The notes below the pieces were generated by a model. The model ran no database searches, was not told the DNA's origin, and worked only from the letters and a program-made list of their open reading frames with translations. A stretch of DNA of 62,828 nucleotides, counting the filler, from Rhabdomonas costata (Eukaryota): NCBI GenBank assembly GCA_019059605.1. It is 50 parts of 50 records of this genome, joined end to end, with 100 filler letters (N's around TTAATTAATTAA, not from the genome) between each part and the next. Parts side by side here need not be neighbours in the genome. Positions count along the whole stretch, not along the records: positions 59,158 to 60,315 come from JAHMHO010025786.1; positions 60,416 to 61,573 come from JAHMHO010025787.1; positions 61,674 to 62,828 come from JAHMHO010025788.1; 47 more parts are not named here. One strand, written 5' to 3'. Below, piece after piece: positions 59,158 to 62,828 of this stretch. Position 1 is the first letter of the stretch. The number at the start of each line of letters is the position of its first letter. Both the position numbers and the translations under genes were made by a program.

Positions 59158-59919
59158 GTGTCTCGGCTTTCCCCAGCTGATCCCCTTCCCCGACCCCGGA
59201 ACCCACTGACCCAGGTTCAGCGGCACTCCTGGGCTGAGGTTGCGCGCGGTAATCTGCCTACCGTACCTTCTCCGCCCGAGACTGCAAGCGGTGCCTCGCC
59301 GGCTTCCTCTCCCGCAGGGACACCGCAACCTTCCCACGTGATGCTTTCCGAGGACGCAGAGATTCCCTCGCGATCTTCCAAGCGGAGGCCGAAGGCTGCA
59401 GCACCTGCTTCTTCTTCTTCTTCTTCGCGCGCTATTCACCCTTCGGAACAAGCTCACTTACCCGGCGCTGCAGGTACTCCCCGACTTCCCAAGCCCAGCG
59501 GGCGTCAGCGGGCATCGATGACAAACTATTTGGCGCCGAAGCCTAAGCCACCTTCACTGTACACTGCGCCTATTGCACCCGCTACCTCAGATGCTCCGTC
59601 CTTCGATCCGTCCGTATTGCAGTCCCTTACAGACCAGGTAGCCCAACTCACGGAGGCTCTGCGACTTCAACAGGACGCACAAGCAAAGCTTCAGGCCGAC
59701 CTGCGGCTGGCTCTGGAGGAGAACCGAGCGTTGAGGTCTCAGCTTCTGTCCCTGTCGAAACGGTCCCGCGAGGGCCGCCTGGCGGATGTCTCTCCTCCTT
59801 CTGAACCTGAAGATGTCAACGGTAGCGAGGCGGCTGGGAGTGAGGCGTCGATGTCTTCTGCGGAGGGTCAAGCGCACCAACGTCGCAAGTCTCCGGGGCG
59901 GGTGAGCCCCACCCATTAG
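59158..59919 (+). CDS. LINE ORF1 C-terminal part (Pro/Ser/Ala-rich with coiled coil)
   Basis: Open for 253 codons from the contig start. Contains SWAEVAR and a heptad-like LQSLTDQVAQLTEALRLQQDAQAKLQADLRLALEENRALRSQL. The stop is 10 nt before the ORF2 ATG. Confidence 0.75.
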   Translation: MSRLSPADPLPRPRNPLTQVQRHSWAEVARGNLPTVPSPPETASGASPASSPAGTPQPSHVMLSEDAEIPSRSSKRRPKAAAPASSSSSSRAIHPSEQAHLPGAAGTPRLPKPSGRQRASMTNYLAPKPKPPSLYTAPIAPATSDAPSFDPSVLQSLTDQVAQLTEALRLQQDAQAKLQADLRLALEENRALRSQLLSLSKRSREGRLADVSPPSEPEDVNGSEAAGSEASMSSAEGQAHQRRKSPGRVSPTH

Positions 59920-59929
59920 CTCTCCATCC

Positions 59930-60315
59930 ATGATCGGGAATGGGCTGACCCTGGAGGGTCGGCCTGCGGTGGGGGTGCGTGTTGGAACCTGGAACGTTTC
60001 TGGGTGGGCGGAGAGTCGACTTGCCCCTGTTGAGAGATTGTGCACCTGTTTGTTGGCTCTGCAAGAGACGAAGCTGGCGTCCCTGCAACTTGAATATGCT
60101 CGGAAACATCTTCAGCGCTCTGGCTACACGCTACATCATGGTTTTGGGGGTCCGGGTGCTCGCATTGGTGGCCCTGGCAATAGCTGTGGTGTCGGAATTC
60201 TGGCCGGTCCAGGAGTTGCGGTCTCCCCTTTGATGCCCCAGGGTTTCGCGTGGAAGAGGCTTTATGCAATGTCCCGGGTTCACGCTGTCTTTGTGCCTCC
60301 GCGAGCGGGCCTCCC
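59930..60315 (+). mobile_element. LINE ORF2 N-terminus, APE endonuclease (uninterrupted in this contig)
   Basis: VRVGTWNVSG, LLALQETKL and CGVGIL are APE domains I-III. Same family as 40315-41446. Confidence 0.9.
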
Positions 60316-61233
60316 NNNNNNNNNNNNNNNNNNNNNNNNNNNNNNNNNNNNNNNNNNNNTTAATTAATTAANNNNNNNNNNNNNNNNNNNNNNNNNNNNN
60401 NNNNNNNNNNNNNNNTTTTAGCGGAACGCTGGGCACGGGCAACCCTGCTCGGGGGTCCTTACCTACGGGTTCTGGGGTACGCTGTTGTGCGTGGTGCATA
60501 CCGCCCCCTTGCTTCGGGGATTCGCTGCAAAGGCTAGCTTTTTGCGGGATTCAGTTGCGGGGCCTTTTACCTGTGTGCTCAATCTCCGGTGGCTCACCAC
60601 TGCATACCTGTGTCCTAGCCGTGGGTAGCTTTTGGCTGTCTCTGCAGCCCCCGAGCTCTAACGGGTATCGAGGCTCGGCTTCCGCCGTTGGCTCAATCGA
60701 GCTCTGGGGCCCCGGTTCTAATACCTTTCAGCCTCCTGGTGTGCAGGACGTGCTGCGCGTAGACTGAGGGCAGGGCCTTGTCGTGCTGGGAACTCCAGGT
60801 GGCTCCACGTGCTCAGGAACTCACCTTGGCCCTTGAAGAGGGCAGGCAGGCCCCTCTCTGCTCAGCACCTTCTCACAGTTGATCCTTACTGCAGACACGC
60901 CCGTTAGCGCAGTGGCCCTTCAACGGATGGCCGGGGCAGCACCGCCCACGAGGAAGCCATTCAAGCTCGGGTTCAGTGCTCGGTGTTAAAGTAGGCGACC
61001 GAGTTGGCATTTGGGCCCAGTATCCGACTTGAACGAGCCCGCTGGGACGGCTGACTACTGACGTACCCTGACGTGACATCATGCCCAGAGCACGGAACTC
61101 CTCTCAGCCCAGTGGCACCATGGCTTGATCCAAGGGATAATCAAAAAGAGCAATTTCCAACGTCAGACAAACAGCTAAAACAAATTATTGTGCTCCCTAT
61201 GACACAATATAAGGTCAACGCCACAGGGCAGTT

Positions 61234-61573
61234 GTGAGTAAGCTATGCATCATTTCTCGTGCGTGTGACAAGGCGACCGAGTGGCTTCGTCGACCTGAGG
61301 GGTACGGCATTCTCCAGGTCGACATGAAGAACGCGTTCAACTCGGTCAGCCGCGAGGCCATCTTAAAGCAAGCATATCTGCACGTGCCTGCACTGTATCC
61401 TTGGGCCCGGTGGTCACTGACGACCCATAGCTGGTTGTTTTGTCGTGATGCCGTCCTTCGGGGAGAGAGTGGCGTTCATCAGGGGAGCCCGCTTGGACCG
61501 CTGCTCTTCTCCCTAGCACTGCACACGGCAATCGCCGAGGTTCAAAGAGCGCTCGATGGTGAACCCCAAACCC
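61234..61573 (+). mobile_element. CRE-like non-LTR retrotransposon RT fragment
   Basis: ILQVDMKNAFNSVSREAIL...VPALYPWARW...SGVHQGSPLGPLLFSLAL. DxxNAFNSxxR and GVxQGxPLGPLLF are typical of CRE-clade RTs. Confidence 0.85.
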
Positions 61574-61675
61574 NNNNNNNNNNNNNNNNNNNNNNNNNNN
61601 NNNNNNNNNNNNNNNNNTTAATTAATTAANNNNNNNNNNNNNNNNNNNNNNNNNNNNNNNNNNNNNNNNNNNNTT

Positions 61676-61747
61676 TTGTGGTGGTCTTCCTCCTCCCTGG
61701 CAACACCACACACATCAGCCGGTGAGGGAGGAGGAAGACCACCACAA
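61676..61747. repeat. Contig-start fold-back inverted repeat, 23-bp arms
   Basis: 61676-61698 pairs with 61725-61747. Confidence 0.85.
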
Positions 61748-62828
61748 CCAACAGGTGACTGAGGCGCAAATTTGTTTTGTTAACTCGAAGAGAAAAACTG
61801 TCTTCGTCTTTCGGAACACAGAATTGCGGGGCTGGAGTCTCACTGTGATTCAAATTTCAATCGCTCAGCGCAAGTTTCAAACGCTCGGAGGCTCGGAGGT
61901 GAGGGAACCCTTGTAAAGTGGAACCCAGAGCACAGGTTCGGCGTTTCTGGTTTGGCTGGATCATCACCTGTACTGGTGTGGGACTTTCTGTTGGACTGTT
62001 ATGAGTGAAAGAAGTTCCCAAGCGGAATAACTTGCAACATGGACACTTATGTGCTAAGCAGTCAGAAATCTTCCCTTTGTCCGTTATGACTCCTTTCTGG
62101 CTGACTGTTTTCGTTGGTCCCAAACCCGATTTGATGCAGAGCTTTCACACGCAAAGAGGGACACGCTATCGCAGGAGAAGGAGTGAAACACAATGTGGCA
62201 GTTACGCCGTGATCCAGATCAAACGCGGCGTACGCAAAGTGTCTGTCTCTCCTCAGCACACAGCTCACACACTGAATAGCAACCTCCTACAATGTAACAT
62301 CAACACTATGCCCCCTCCCCCTTCGGCTCGGACTGCAGTGCAATCTGGGTACCAGCCTCCGAATTAGTTCAGCAAGGTCCAGTTAAACTTGACCACAAGG
62401 GTGTTAAGGGGTGGGGCCACAATCTCATCATGCCAAATGGTAATTGTGCTGCCTCACAGTAACCCATCCTCACAAAGAACAAAAATGTCCTATGGAGGCG
62501 GCGTCAACCTTATCAACCCGGCAAACTCACGCTGAGGAAGACTGGGCATCGCATCTAAACATACATTCTCATTGTACGAGCGGCAAAAACACCGCGACGC
62601 AATGGTCAATCCAATTCAACAAACGAGCCTCTGCACTCGAGCTCGTTGCTCACCTGAAGAACATCCTCCAGACATCCCTCCAGCGCCTGAAGCTCTAAAC
62701 TGGCCAAGCCGGGATAGGTAGGCTGCAAGCCCTCCATTCGATGAAAGACAAGAAAAGCAACTAGAGCGAGAGAAACCAGCCTGCTATCGCATTGCAAAAC
62801 CCAAAAGAGAAAGAGATACAGCCACCAA

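Noticed and set aside
1..62828. rRNA, tRNA, snRNA or SL RNA genes; prokaryotic promoters and terminators
   Set aside because: None was recognised by eye, and a covariance-model search was not possible. The hairpins present are not followed by U-tracts in a gene context, and the DNA is eukaryotic.

Overview
This window is not continuous genomic DNA. It is 50 unlinked, size-sorted contigs of about 1,155-1,163 bp, joined by 49 identical 100-bp artificial spacers (N44-TTAATTAATTAA-N44, a six-frame stop linker). Adjacency across a spacer therefore means nothing, and no operon, cluster or multi-gene system can be inferred. The source is an intron-rich, repeat-rich flagellated eukaryote: IFT144/WDR19 is present, and 12 introns reconstructed by hand are all GT-AG and 71-533 bp. 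A euglenid or other euglenozoan is a plausible but unproven guess. Most contig ends carry G/T-only (5') or A/C-only (3') tails, and 12 ends carry fold-back inverted repeats. Both are typical of semi-degenerate-primer whole-genome amplification. Recognisable gene fragments: P1B Cu-ATPase, bestrophin, class III nucleotidyl cyclase, P5 ATPase, GT90 glycosyltransferase, SANT protein, RAD5/HLTF-like SNF2, Rab1, BAHD-type acyltransferase, Siw14/PFA-DSP phosphatase, aminopeptidase N, TMEM8/myomaker-like protein, Ser/Thr kinase, FkbH-like HAD, IFT144, NodU-like carbamoyltransferase and RCE1. Transposable-element fragments come from at least five groups: Tc1/mariner, Ty3/gypsy, APE-LINE, CRE-like non-LTR and Penelope-like, with possible tyrosine-recombinase relics. 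The best leads are spliced bacterial-type biosynthetic enzymes (FkbH-like, NodU-like), a Penelope-like RT next to a (TG)n tract, and an APE-LINE family seen twice. I could not support a complete new biological system from these fragments. All family calls are from motif recognition by eye; no searches were run.
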